This document shows positions 9,563 through 18,248 of a DNA stretch of 64,000 nucleotides, in pieces. Origin of the DNA: Candidatus Woesearchaeota archaeon. Lineage in GTDB: Archaea > Nanobdellota > Nanobdellia > Woesearchaeales > GW2011-AR4. The position numbers and the translations under genes were made by a program. Location: positions 123,420 through 187,419 of the forward strand of contig NZDH01000004.1 in the NCBI GenBank assembly GCA_002688775.1. Direction: 5' to 3'. The notes under the pieces were generated by a model, which was not told the origin of the DNA, did not search any database, and saw nothing but the letters and a program-made list of their open reading frames with translations. Each line of letters begins with the position of its first letter. Positions within the stretch are counted from its first letter, which is position 1.

Positions 9563-11299
9563 TCAAATCTTTAACTCCTTTTCCATCTGGCTTGTTAATT
9601 CTCCAAGTAATTTCTCATAATCCTTTACAAATTTCACTTCGCTTAACCTGTCTTTTGCTTTTGTAGTTATTATCTGCTGCAACCTCATGCCGCCATCAAG
9701 GGCTGCATTTGCGAGTTTTGAAAAGTGAAGAATTGATTTCATCATTTGGTATGTTTTCTTTGGTTCACAAAATGTGTCTATCTCATGGAACGCATTCTGC
9801 TGCAGTAAAACTTCCCTGATCAATCTGGCTACAAGCAAAGTGATCTGCTGTTTCTCAGGCAATGCATCTGAACCGACCAATTGGACGATTTCAAGCAATT
9901 TTTCCTCTTCCTGCAGGATTGTCATCATCTGTTCAACAAAATCATGCCAATCAGGTGCAATATTTTTTGCGAACCAAGGGTCAAGTGTATTTAAGTATAG
10001 AGAATATGAAGTAAGCCAATTTATTGAAGGGAAATGTCTTCTCTGGGCAAGTTTTGCATCCAAAGCCCAAAATACTTTTGTAACTCTCAAAGTGCTTTGC
10101 GTTACGGGCTCTGAAAAATCCCCTCCTGGTGGAGAGACAGCTCCAATAACACTGACGCTGCCTTCCTGTTTTGTTCCTAATGGTATTACACGACCTGCCC
10201 TTTCATAAAATTGTGCTAATCTTGTTGAAAGATAAGCAGGATAACCTTCTTCGCCAGGCATTTCCTCCAATCTTGAGGAAATTTCCCTCATTGCTTCTGC
10301 CCATCTTGATGTTGAGTCTGCCATCAACGCAACAGAGTAACCCATATCCCTGTAATATTCTGCTATTGTAATTCCTGTGTAAATGCTTGCTTCTCGCGCT
10401 GCAACTGGCATGTTTGAGGTATTTGCAATGAGCACTGTCCTGTTCATCAAAGGCTTGCCGCTTCTTGGATCAGTAAGTTCCGGGAATTCTGAAAGAACTT
10501 CTGTCATCTCGTTTCCACGCTCGCCACAGCCAACATAAACAATAATCTGGGCATCAGACCATTTTGCAAGCTGCTGCTGTGAAACTGTTTTTCCAGCTCC
10601 AAACGGACCAGGGATTGCTGCAACTCCTCCTTTTGCCAGCGGAAATAGTGCATCAAAAATTCTCTGGCCTGTAATCAACGGCAATTCTGGTTTTAGTTTA
10701 GAACTGACAGGCCTTGGAATCCTGACAGGCCAATTTTGCTTTAATCTCAGCTCAAACCCATTATCGAGTTTTCCTATTGCATCATTAACTGTAAATTTTC
10801 CTGACTTGATTTCTGTAATTTTGCCTTGTTGGTCTGGAGGAACCAAAATTTTATGGATTATTCCGGGATTTTCCTCAACTTCACCGATAATCTGGCCCGG
10901 AGAAACTTTTTCTCCGTTCTTAACAATAGCTTTGAAGTCCCATTTTTTTGTATGATCGAGACCAGGCGCATCAACTCCTCTTTTGATAAAATCACCCATC
11001 TGTTTTATCAGAACAGGCAAAGGTCTTTGAATGCCATCATAAATACTACTAAGCATTCCTGGACCAAGCTCAACACTTAATGGCTGGCCGGTATTCACAA
11101 CCGGTTCACCAGGTTTTATACCAGAAGTGTCTTCGTAAACCTGAATAATTGTCTTTTCGCCTTCAATCTGGATTACTTCGCCCATCAAGTTTTCATTTCC
11201 TACTCTGCAAACATCATACATTCTAGGCTTTATTCCTTTGGCTACAACAACCGGGCCTGCAATTCTGTATAAAACGCCTTTATCCATTTTATTCTTCAA
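9563..11299 (-). CDS. atpA: A/V-type ATP synthase catalytic subunit A
   Basis: Walker [10 protein letters not shown] and [10 protein letters not shown] motifs. No intein-sized insertion. The track start is TTG, and an ATG (MDKGVLY) lies at 11287. Confidence 0.97.
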   Translation of the reverse strand: MKNKMDKGVLYRIAGPVVVAKGIKPRMYDVCRVGNENLMGEVIQIEGEKTIIQVYEDTSGIKPGEPVVNTGQPLSVELGPGMLSSIYDGIQRPLPVLIKQMGDFIKRGVDAPGLDHTKKWDFKAIVKNGEKVSPGQIIGEVEENPGIIHKILVPPDQQGKITEIKSGKFTVNDAIGKLDNGFELRLKQNWPVRIPRPVSSKLKPELPLITGQRIFDALFPLAKGGVAAIPGPFGAGKTVSQQQLAKWSDAQIIVYVGCGERGNEMTEVLSEFPELTDPRSGKPLMNRTVLIANTSNMPVAAREASIYTGITIAEYYRDMGYSVALMADSTSRWAEAMREISSRLEEMPGEEGYPAYLSTRLAQFYERAGRVIPLGTKQEGSVSVIGAVSPPGGDFSEPVTQSTLRVTKVFWALDAKLAQRRHFPSINWLTSYSLYLNTLDPWFAKNIAPDWHDFVEQMMTILQEEEKLLEIVQLVGSDALPEKQQITLLVARLIREVLLQQNAFHEIDTFCEPKKTYQMMKSILHFSKLANAALDGGMRLQQIITTKAKDRLSEVKFVKDYEKLLGELTSQMEKELKI

Positions 11300-11332
11300 T
11301 TTTAATTTAGTTGCAATACACCTTTTTTATTT

Positions 11333-11400
11333 GTTGGGGTTGGCAACATCACATTAGTTGTGCACTAAGGGGAGGATCGATAAGCAACGAAGTTGCTTAT
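11333..11400 (-). promoter_or_regulatory. Copy 1 of a conserved C-rich intergenic element: stop-codon hairpin plus a 43-nt block, sense to the atp operon
   Basis: The sense strand reads ATAAGCAAC-TTC-GTTGCTTAT (containing the atpF TAA), then CCTCCCCTTAGTGCACAACTAATGTGATGTTGCCAACCCCAAC. About 85% identical to 51894-51936. Confidence 0.6.
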
Positions 11401-11696
11401 TTCCATAAATCCACACCCACTGATTTTTTGATTAGCCTCTTTAAACTATCCTGCTCAACTTTTGTTGAGACTGGTATAAAAACCGGATCCACTGAATCTT
11501 CTATTTCAAGTCTTTGATGGGACTCTAAGTTATCAATTATTTTTTCATCGATTACAACAATTCCAATGTCTTTTTGAGTTTTTAAGTTCTTAATTTCAGT
11601 AAAAGGGTTATCGCCTAATTCGATCGTGTCCCTTATTCCAGCTAATTGAAAACCCACGATAAATTCACTTGTTCCGGCAGCGACAATTTTTACCAT
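11397..11696 (-). CDS. atpF: A/V-type ATP synthase subunit F
   Basis: 99 aa. MVKIVAAGTSEFIVGFQLAGI matches the subunit F N-terminus. Position in the operon fits. Confidence 0.85.
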   Translation of the reverse strand: MVKIVAAGTSEFIVGFQLAGIRDTIELGDNPFTEIKNLKTQKDIGIVVIDEKIIDNLESHQRLEIEDSVDPVFIPVSTKVEQDSLKRLIKKSVGVDLWK

Positions 11697-11697
11697 G

Positions 11698-12780
11698 TTA
11701 GTGTATTAGTTGACTTTCCATAAATTCTTCTTTTAATCCAAGCTGTTTTCCTTTTATTATTATTTTCAAGTTCCTGACTTCGATGTCCTTTGAAAACATA
11801 TAGCCGAGTATCACATCAATAGATAAAGGATGCTGATGCATAAACAAAACAGCTTGTTTTAGCAAATACTTGTAAAGCTCTGTTTCAAGAGAGATCAATG
11901 AATCACTTTTTTTGAATTCTTCAATGCCACTTGCAATTAAATTCTTATATTCAGTTTTTTCCAGCGATTTTGAAAGTTGCTCAAGATCGTCTAGGCCAGC
12001 CATAGCCATCATTTTTGAATCTTTTAATTTATCTCCTGATGGAATTATGAAATCCTTTATAGATTCTTTGTCTGATTTTGCTTTTTTAAATCTTAACAAT
12101 GTCAAAATATTCAAAATCTCGACTTCTTTAAGTAGAAAATTTCTGAATAAATCCCCTTCTTTTGGTAAAATCTCAGAAAATTTTATTAAATGTCCATAAT
12201 AGTATTTGTCCAATGAATTTTCTATGCTGACTAGATTATTTTTTTCGTTAAAATCCTTTAAGCTGCCTTTTAATAATGAAAAGTCAATTAATCGATTTGC
12301 TTTTAGCACTTCCTCTATTGATTCTTTTTTCAAGAGAGAAACCAAGAAGTCGTAACTTAAAGTTCCTGCTCCGGTTAATGAACCAGTAATGTTTTTTTCA
12401 TCTGCATTTGTGAACTTGCCCCTTATGATTGTCTTCAAATCATCTATATCCTTTCTTTTTGCGTATTCCCTGATCAAAAATCCAAGTTCTTCTGATGAAA
12501 TCCTCATTAATTTTTTAAAAGAATCAGCAAGATTTTTGTTCAAAGCCAGCTCAAGCAGATCAGCTCCGGAATATTGGGTTGCTAATTCATTGATCTCTTT
12601 TTTGTAATGGGATTCCTGCAAAAATTTTGCAATTTCACTAAAACTCATCTTAAGCATCCTATGATAATCATCTTTCCTGAAGAGCAGAGATCTCATTACA
12701 ACAGTCCTTACATACGTGTAAGGATAATGCCCAAGCTTCAGCTTTTTTGTTTCTGTTATTGGTTCTTTTAGTTTTAGCAT
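11698..12780 (-). CDS. atpC: A/V-type ATP synthase subunit C (eukaryotic d homologue)
   Basis: 360 aa helical protein between atpE and atpF. The HYPYTYVRTVVMRSLL motif is typical. Confidence 0.85.
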   Translation of the reverse strand: MLKLKEPITETKKLKLGHYPYTYVRTVVMRSLLFRKDDYHRMLKMSFSEIAKFLQESHYKKEINELATQYSGADLLELALNKNLADSFKKLMRISSEELGFLIREYAKRKDIDDLKTIIRGKFTNADEKNITGSLTGAGTLSYDFLVSLLKKESIEEVLKANRLIDFSLLKGSLKDFNEKNNLVSIENSLDKYYYGHLIKFSEILPKEGDLFRNFLLKEVEILNILTLLRFKKAKSDKESIKDFIIPSGDKLKDSKMMAMAGLDDLEQLSKSLEKTEYKNLIASGIEEFKKSDSLISLETELYKYLLKQAVLFMHQHPLSIDVILGYMFSKDIEVRNLKIIIKGKQLGLKEEFMESQLIH

Positions 12781-12782
12781 TT

Positions 12783-13328
12783 TTAACCAAATAATAATTT
12801 GTTTATATTCTGCATTTCGTTTTCTTTTATGCCTTCCAGCATAGTCTCAAAACTATAATCAACTCTGATAGTTTTTTCTTTGTTTTCAGCAATCAAGCCA
12901 CCGATTATATCTATTGGTTCTGAAGTTAATTCCTTGAAGAATCTTGTATCTTTTTTGTTGCAATAGAAATGATCCACATCGACTTCTTTTTTTGCCTTCT
13001 CAATAAGTTTTTTTATATAACCTTCTTTCTTTTGATTATCTAGTGTCTTGATTTTTTTCTTTGCTTCTGCAAATACATTTTCAATAATCTGCTTTTTTGT
13101 CTCAAGAAGTAATTTTTTATTCTCAAGCTCGGCATTTGCTAGCGCCTGCCTTTTAATAAAATCCATCATTTTTTTTGTGTTTGATTCGTTTTTTGCTTTA
13201 ATCCCTTCAATTCTCTTTTCTGTTTCCTTCATAATTCTATTGGATTCCATTCTAGCTTCTGCTAACAGAGCAGTTTCCTGCTCCTTGGCCTGCCTAATTA
13301 CTTCTTCCTTTACTTCTTCCAAGCCCAT
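12783..13328 (-). CDS. atpE: A/V-type ATP synthase subunit E
   Basis: 181 aa. Long charged N-terminal helix with a globular C-terminus. Operon position fits. Confidence 0.8.
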   Translation of the reverse strand: MGLEEVKEEVIRQAKEQETALLAEARMESNRIMKETEKRIEGIKAKNESNTKKMMDFIKRQALANAELENKKLLLETKKQIIENVFAEAKKKIKTLDNQKKEGYIKKLIEKAKKEVDVDHFYCNKKDTRFFKELTSEPIDIIGGLIAENKEKTIRVDYSFETMLEGIKENEMQNINKLLFG

Positions 13329-13334
13329 TTTGGT

Positions 13335-13565
13335 CTATCCTGCTAAATTCAATATTAATATAGCCACAACCAACCCAAAGATTACAATGGTCTCCGGGAT
13401 AACTGTAAGCACAAGGCCTTTACCGAATAGCTCTTCTTTCTCTGCCATTGCACCTATTGCAGCTACGCCAATTTCTTTTTCAGCAATAGCTGCTGCAATT
13501 GCACTTAATCCTATAGCTAGTCCAGAACCCAGTGCTATTAACCCTGTTGATATATCCGCTACCAT
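13335..13565 (-). CDS. atpK: A/V-type ATP synthase proteolipid subunit K (c)
   Basis: 76 aa two-TM hairpin. Gly/Ala-rich helix 1, and helix 2 carries the carboxylate in IPETIVIFG. Confidence 0.85.
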   Translation of the reverse strand: MVADISTGLIALGSGLAIGLSAIAAAIAEKEIGVAAIGAMAEKEELFGKGLVLTVIPETIVIFGLVVAILILNLAG

Positions 13566-13592
13566 TTTTTACCTCCGAATTTTATCATATTC

Positions 13593-15458
13593 TTATTCTT
13601 CTTTTAATCCAAACGGTTCATATTTCTCAGCACCGCCGTGGAAAAATTTTGAAAAAAATTCAACATAGTGTAACCTTAGTGAATGCAAGAAGCTTCCAAA
13701 TAATCCTAGTATTATATTTAAAATATGGCCTAGTACAATTATTAAGACTCCAACCAAGACTAAAAAGCCCCCATTATGGAATAATTGCTCTGCTGATTCA
13801 TTTATTATAACAGCTAACGTGACTGAAGATAATCCAATGGCCATCAATCTGATATATGATAATATGTTAGTAAATATGCTTGGCAGTTCCATCAAACCTT
13901 TAACACCTTCTGCTTTGTAGATCATTATTACAGCTATTGCCATAAATCCTGCTCCAATAACCGGGTGAATAAAAATTTTATTTAGGAATGATAATGCAAG
14001 CAGCGCAACTCCAATTTCTAAAATAATCCAGCTGGCTTTTTCATAGATTGCCATTTTAAGGCCATGATCGTTGTAAATGTTGATAAATCCTATGATCAGC
14101 CCTATATTTACATGAATAACTCCAATTCCAAGCACAATATACATTAAAGTGAACATATCGTGCGATCTGCTCAATAAATGCCATAAATGGTAATGCCCGA
14201 TTTCTTCGAATCCAAAAATCTCTCCATACAAAAATCCGAATAAAATTGATACAAAAGATGCGAGCATTAAAATATTGAAAAAATTGCCAAATTTTGGAAG
14301 TTTTTTCTTTAAGAGCCAAAAGGATAGCAAGCTTACAAGTCCATATCCTATATCACCGAGCATAATTCCGAAGAAAATCGGAAATGTCAAAAATATAAAG
14401 AATGTTGGATCAATTTCCCTGTAATTAGGCATACTATACAAATTGATGAAAAATTCGAATGGTTTTGCAATTTTTGCGTTGTCAAGCTTAATAGGCACCT
14501 TGTCTTGTTTCTTTGGCGGTTCGAAATGAACAAATACCTTATTTTTAGTAACTTTGTTCAATCTTTCTATTGACTTGTGTAATTCCTCAGTTGGTACCCA
14601 TCCTTTTATAAGAAAACTGCTTGGAGTTGATGCAAATTTCAATGGAGCTTCTGCTTTCTCAAGTTGTTCACTTAGAAAACTATCAGCTGCTGTTAAAAAT
14701 CCCTGGCTTTCTTTTCCTATCAATTCGAGCCTCTTTTTATTATAATCGATTTTTTTCTTAAGATTATTGTTTGCTTCTTCCAGTTTTCTTAGGTTGCTTG
14801 AGGCACTTCCCTTTAGATCACTTAGATGATCATTTAGATTTGCAAAATTAACCGGAGAAAAATCACTTCGTTGCAACAAATTGTTTACTTGTTCTTTGTA
14901 TTTTACATCAACAAACAAAACTATAAAAGGTCCTTTTTTTTCTATTTTATAAAACAGCATAAATCTATCTGTTATTTTTGATAATTGCCCTCTCAAGGCA
15001 TTTTCTTCAGTTTTTACATAACCCTTAACATAAGATAGCGATTTATAGGCTGTAAAACATTCAAGCGGAACGTCGATTTCTTTTAAGAGATTAAGTTCCT
15101 GTATAAGAGAATCATTCTTAGCATGAATTTGTTGTATTTTTTTAAGCTCATCTTGATATATATTTACTTCGTCATTAAGGCGTTTTAGGTTTGATCCTAT
15201 GTTTGTCAGGCCTTTTTTGAGCTCGAATTCATTATCTTCAGTCTTGATATTCAAAGCAGAGATTAATGCCCTTACTTTAACGAGAATTTCCGAAAGTTTG
15301 TTTGCGCTTTCCAATGGAGTTCCTATATCTGCTAAATCATTCTTAGAATGATCTACGATATGCAATACTTGCAGATTATGGAGCTCTTTTATAACAGATT
15401 CTTGTACATTCTTAGGTCCTGTTACTATTACACTGCACATGTCATGTGGTCTTAGCAT
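13593..15458 (-). CDS. atpI: A/V-type ATP synthase subunit I (a)
   Basis: 621 aa. Soluble coiled N-terminal half and a multi-TM C-terminal half with the conserved SYIRLMAIGLSS (Arg) motif. Confidence 0.9.
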   Translation of the reverse strand: MLRPHDMCSVIVTGPKNVQESVIKELHNLQVLHIVDHSKNDLADIGTPLESANKLSEILVKVRALISALNIKTEDNEFELKKGLTNIGSNLKRLNDEVNIYQDELKKIQQIHAKNDSLIQELNLLKEIDVPLECFTAYKSLSYVKGYVKTEENALRGQLSKITDRFMLFYKIEKKGPFIVLFVDVKYKEQVNNLLQRSDFSPVNFANLNDHLSDLKGSASSNLRKLEEANNNLKKKIDYNKKRLELIGKESQGFLTAADSFLSEQLEKAEAPLKFASTPSSFLIKGWVPTEELHKSIERLNKVTKNKVFVHFEPPKKQDKVPIKLDNAKIAKPFEFFINLYSMPNYREIDPTFFIFLTFPIFFGIMLGDIGYGLVSLLSFWLLKKKLPKFGNFFNILMLASFVSILFGFLYGEIFGFEEIGHYHLWHLLSRSHDMFTLMYIVLGIGVIHVNIGLIIGFINIYNDHGLKMAIYEKASWIILEIGVALLALSFLNKIFIHPVIGAGFMAIAVIMIYKAEGVKGLMELPSIFTNILSYIRLMAIGLSSVTLAVIINESAEQLFHNGGFLVLVGVLIIVLGHILNIILGLFGSFLHSLRLHYVEFFSKFFHGGAEKYEPFGLKEE

Positions 15459-15459
15459 T

Positions 15460-15777
15460 TTATATCAATTTTTCAAATTTTTTAATCACAAAATCAACTG
15501 CTTTGGAAACATTTTTTTCTGATTTAGTCTTAACTTGTTTCGCGGTTTTTCTTCCTTCTCCAATTTTTTCTTCTGTTATTAATTTGGATTTTTCTCTGAA
15601 ATCAATGAGTTTTTTTTCTTGAGTTTTTTTTATCTCTTCTTCCTTTGCCCCAAATAACTTCGAAGAATTGATCTTTGCTTTGTGTATCATGGATTCTCTT
15701 TCTCGTTTAGTTCTTTCTATAATATCTTCAGCTATCTTCTCAGAATTTCTTATTTCAGTAAGTATATTGCCTTCCAT
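15460..15777 (-). CDS. atpH: A/V-type ATP synthase subunit H
   Basis: 105 aa charged helical protein at the head of the operon, which is the usual AtpH position. Confidence 0.6.
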   Translation of the reverse strand: MEGNILTEIRNSEKIAEDIIERTKRERESMIHKAKINSSKLFGAKEEEIKKTQEKKLIDFREKSKLITEEKIGEGRKTAKQVKTKSEKNVSKAVDFVIKKFEKLI

Positions 15778-15883
15778 TTTGCTGAATTTGTTTTATATTG
15801 GTTATATATAAATATTACTGGTGTTGTCGATAAAAGTTGTTAATAAAAGTTTATAAATGTTATTAATTATCCCAACTATAAAT

Positions 15884-15984
15884 GCGCCGGTAGCTCAGCT
15901 TGGATAGAGCGTCTGAATTCATTGACGAACCTCCTATTCTTGGGTGAGAGCAGAAGGTCGGGAGTTCGAATCTCCCCCGGCGCG
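15884..15984 (+). tRNA. Class-I tRNA with a 26-nt intervening sequence in the anticodon arm; anticodon unresolved (only TCA or TGA possible)
   Basis: Acceptor GCGCCGG/CCGGCGC, D arm GCTC-AGCTTGGATA-GAGC, variable AGGTC, T arm GGGAG-TTCGAAT-CTCCC. TATA-like TTTATAAA lies about 30 nt upstream. Confidence 0.8.
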
Positions 15985-16035
15985 TTATTTATTTTTGCAA
16001 GCAAGATAGATAGAAAATAAAATAATTCAAAGAAA

Positions 16036-16464
16036 TCATTGAAAAGGCAATTTCATCTGAACTGGTTCACTAACTGGAGTATATGGTTGGCGTATGATAA
16101 TTTGAGGACTTAATACTAAGTTAAATAGTTCGTCGGTAACGCCATATTGTGAAAAATACGATCTTGCTTCTCCCTCAGAACCAAAATGATTTCTGTGGCT
16201 GTCGCTTCTGAAAAATCCACCAAGTCCATATTCAAGAGCTCTAATATCCCCCATTCCTCCAGTACCTGGCCTAACCCATATTTCAGTTTTGTCCAGTCTA
16301 TTTCTCCTTTGTCCTATACATATGTAGCCCCACCCCTCTAAATCTCTGCCACTTGGACCATCACGTGGGTGTAAAAGTAAATCTAATGATGTATCTAAAA
16401 ACTCTAATGTTAATGAACCATTTAGATTACTAGGTTCGAAATAATCTAGATTAACTTCCCCCAT
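16036..16464 (-). CDS. Hypothetical protein (orphan)
   Basis: 142 aa ORF with no motif recognised. Lies directly beside a tRNA gene. Confidence 0.35.
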   Translation of the reverse strand: MGEVNLDYFEPSNLNGSLTLEFLDTSLDLLLHPRDGPSGRDLEGWGYICIGQRRNRLDKTEIWVRPGTGGMGDIRALEYGLGGFFRSDSHRNHFGSEGEARSYFSQYGVTDELFNLVLSPQIIIRQPYTPVSEPVQMKLPFQ

Positions 16465-16515
16465 AGATATTAGAAATTACTTTCAATATATAAATTTTTG
16501 TATAAAATTTAGAAT

Positions 16516-16749
16516 TCACATATGCTCCAGCGCCTTCTGCATCACTGGAATCGCTTTCTCAGCTTCGTCCTTGAACATCCTGCCGAGTTTCGCAAAGCTC
16601 CATTCACCGTTCTGGTTCATATTTTCCCGGGAAATCTGTAATTTTTTCTCGCCGTCATTATAAGAGAAAACACCTACAGTTATCCTTGTTGTCTCAAAGT
16701 TGATTGTTTCTGAAAATAAATTTTTGTCTAAGTTCTTGTCAAATGCCAT
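16516..16749 (-). CDS. Small protein, possibly PC4/YdbC-like ssDNA-binding fold
   Basis: 77 aa. The pattern RITVGVFSYNDGEKKLQISRE...GEWSFAKLGRM resembles YdbC/PC4-type proteins. From memory only. Confidence 0.3.
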   Translation of the reverse strand: MAFDKNLDKNLFSETINFETTRITVGVFSYNDGEKKLQISRENMNQNGEWSFAKLGRMFKDEAEKAIPVMQKALEHM

Positions 16750-16797
16750 TATACCACCAAATTAAAGAAAAAATTGATTATATTAATACTTTTGCAA

Positions 16798-18231
16798 TTA
16801 ATTTGAAGATTTTTTGAGAAGTTCCATGACTTTTTTGCCGTCTACCTTTCCACGGTGTTTTGCCATCACCAACCCCATATAAGCACCTGTGCTTAGGCCT
16901 GGCTTTTCCTTCATCATGGTCTTTATTTCTTCTTCCAGCTCTTCATCTGAAATAGATTCAAATTTTTTTAAGTCAATTTCTTCGCCTTTTAATTTTTTGA
17001 TCAATAATTCTATAATTGCCTCCTTGGTCACTATACTTTTACTTAAATATTCGAGAACTTCCTCAAAATCTTTTTGGGTTAATTTTGAAGAATCGATCTT
17101 AAATCTCGTCTTAATCTCTTTCGGAATGGTTATTATTGTATTTGCTATTGCCACTGGCTGGATCTTATCAAATTTTTTAACTAGTGATTCGAATATTTTG
17201 TTGTTTATTGCTTCTTTTGCTAAATTTGATGACAACTTATATTTTTTCTCAATTTCTTCAGTTTTTTCAGTCAGTAATTTTGGCAGCTGCTTTTTTAGTT
17301 TTTGAATATAGTCATTACTAATTCTGACTGGCAGGACGTCTGTCTCAGGATACATGCGTGAAGCACCAGGTAAGGGTCTTAAGAACGATGTTGTAAAATC
17401 TGGTTCAGCCTTTCTGACTTCTTTTTCGATTTTTTTATTTTCTTCAATTGATTTTTGCTGCCTTTTAATCTCGTAATCTATTACTTTTTGTATGCTTCTT
17501 AAGTCCTGAAATCCCTTTATTTCTGTTCTTGCACCATGTTTTATGGAAATATTTACATCCTGCCTTATTGTTCCAAGACCCCTTTTTACCCCTTCAATAC
17601 TCCTTAAAACCATACCGATATGACTTGCAACTTCTTTTGCATGATCTGCGCTTTTAATCTCAGTTCCTGTTGCTATTTCTATCAATGGTATGCCTAACCT
17701 GTCTAATTTGTACCTTACAAAATCTTTGTCGCCTTTTAGTTTTTGGGCAGCTTCTTCCTCTAAGCAGATAGTTGGTATAGTGACTTTGCCTTTTGAAGTT
17801 TCTACGAAGCCGTCCATTGCAATCAAAGCAGTTCTTTGAAATCCGCTTACATTGCTGCCATCAACTACAATTTTTCTCATAATCTGGATTTCGTCAACTA
17901 TTTTGGCATTTAACAGCAATGCTACTTTGATTGCTGTTTCCAGAGCTTGCTTGTTCAATTCATGCGGCGGTTCTTCATCATATTCCACCAAACAAGTGTC
18001 TTCTGAATTGCTTAAGTATAGAAATTTTTTGCCTTTTGACATTTCAAATGCAGCTGCTTGGTCTATTTCGCCTGTTTCACCGACAACAGCCCTTAGTCTT
18101 CTTTCAACTCTAGTATCAGGATCTTTGTCAGAATTCAAAGTAGGGCAATCACAGAATAGTTTTTTCCCTTCAAGCTGCTGGTGGATTTCCAAGCCGCATT
18201 TAAACCCTAGTTTTTCGTAGTTGAGTTGCAT
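16798..18231 (-). CDS. gatE: Glutamyl-tRNA(Gln) amidotransferase subunit E
   Basis: N-terminal GFKCGLEIHQQL...KLFCDCPT is the GatE signature. Adjacent to gatD. 477 aa is short for GatE. Confidence 0.85.
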   Translation of the reverse strand: MQLNYEKLGFKCGLEIHQQLEGKKLFCDCPTLNSDKDPDTRVERRLRAVVGETGEIDQAAAFEMSKGKKFLYLSNSEDTCLVEYDEEPPHELNKQALETAIKVALLLNAKIVDEIQIMRKIVVDGSNVSGFQRTALIAMDGFVETSKGKVTIPTICLEEEAAQKLKGDKDFVRYKLDRLGIPLIEIATGTEIKSADHAKEVASHIGMVLRSIEGVKRGLGTIRQDVNISIKHGARTEIKGFQDLRSIQKVIDYEIKRQQKSIEENKKIEKEVRKAEPDFTTSFLRPLPGASRMYPETDVLPVRISNDYIQKLKKQLPKLLTEKTEEIEKKYKLSSNLAKEAINNKIFESLVKKFDKIQPVAIANTIITIPKEIKTRFKIDSSKLTQKDFEEVLEYLSKSIVTKEAIIELLIKKLKGEEIDLKKFESISDEELEEEIKTMMKEKPGLSTGAYMGLVMAKHRGKVDGKKVMELLKKSSN

Positions 18232-18248
18232 TTTACTAATTGGTTATT

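Noticed and set aside
9563-11299. Possible inteins in atpA, cdc48 or the DNA ligase.
   Set aside because: AtpA (578 aa) and the ligase have normal lengths, and I saw no intein-type splice-junction motifs. The extra length of Cdc48 comes from two low-complexity inserts without intein blocks.
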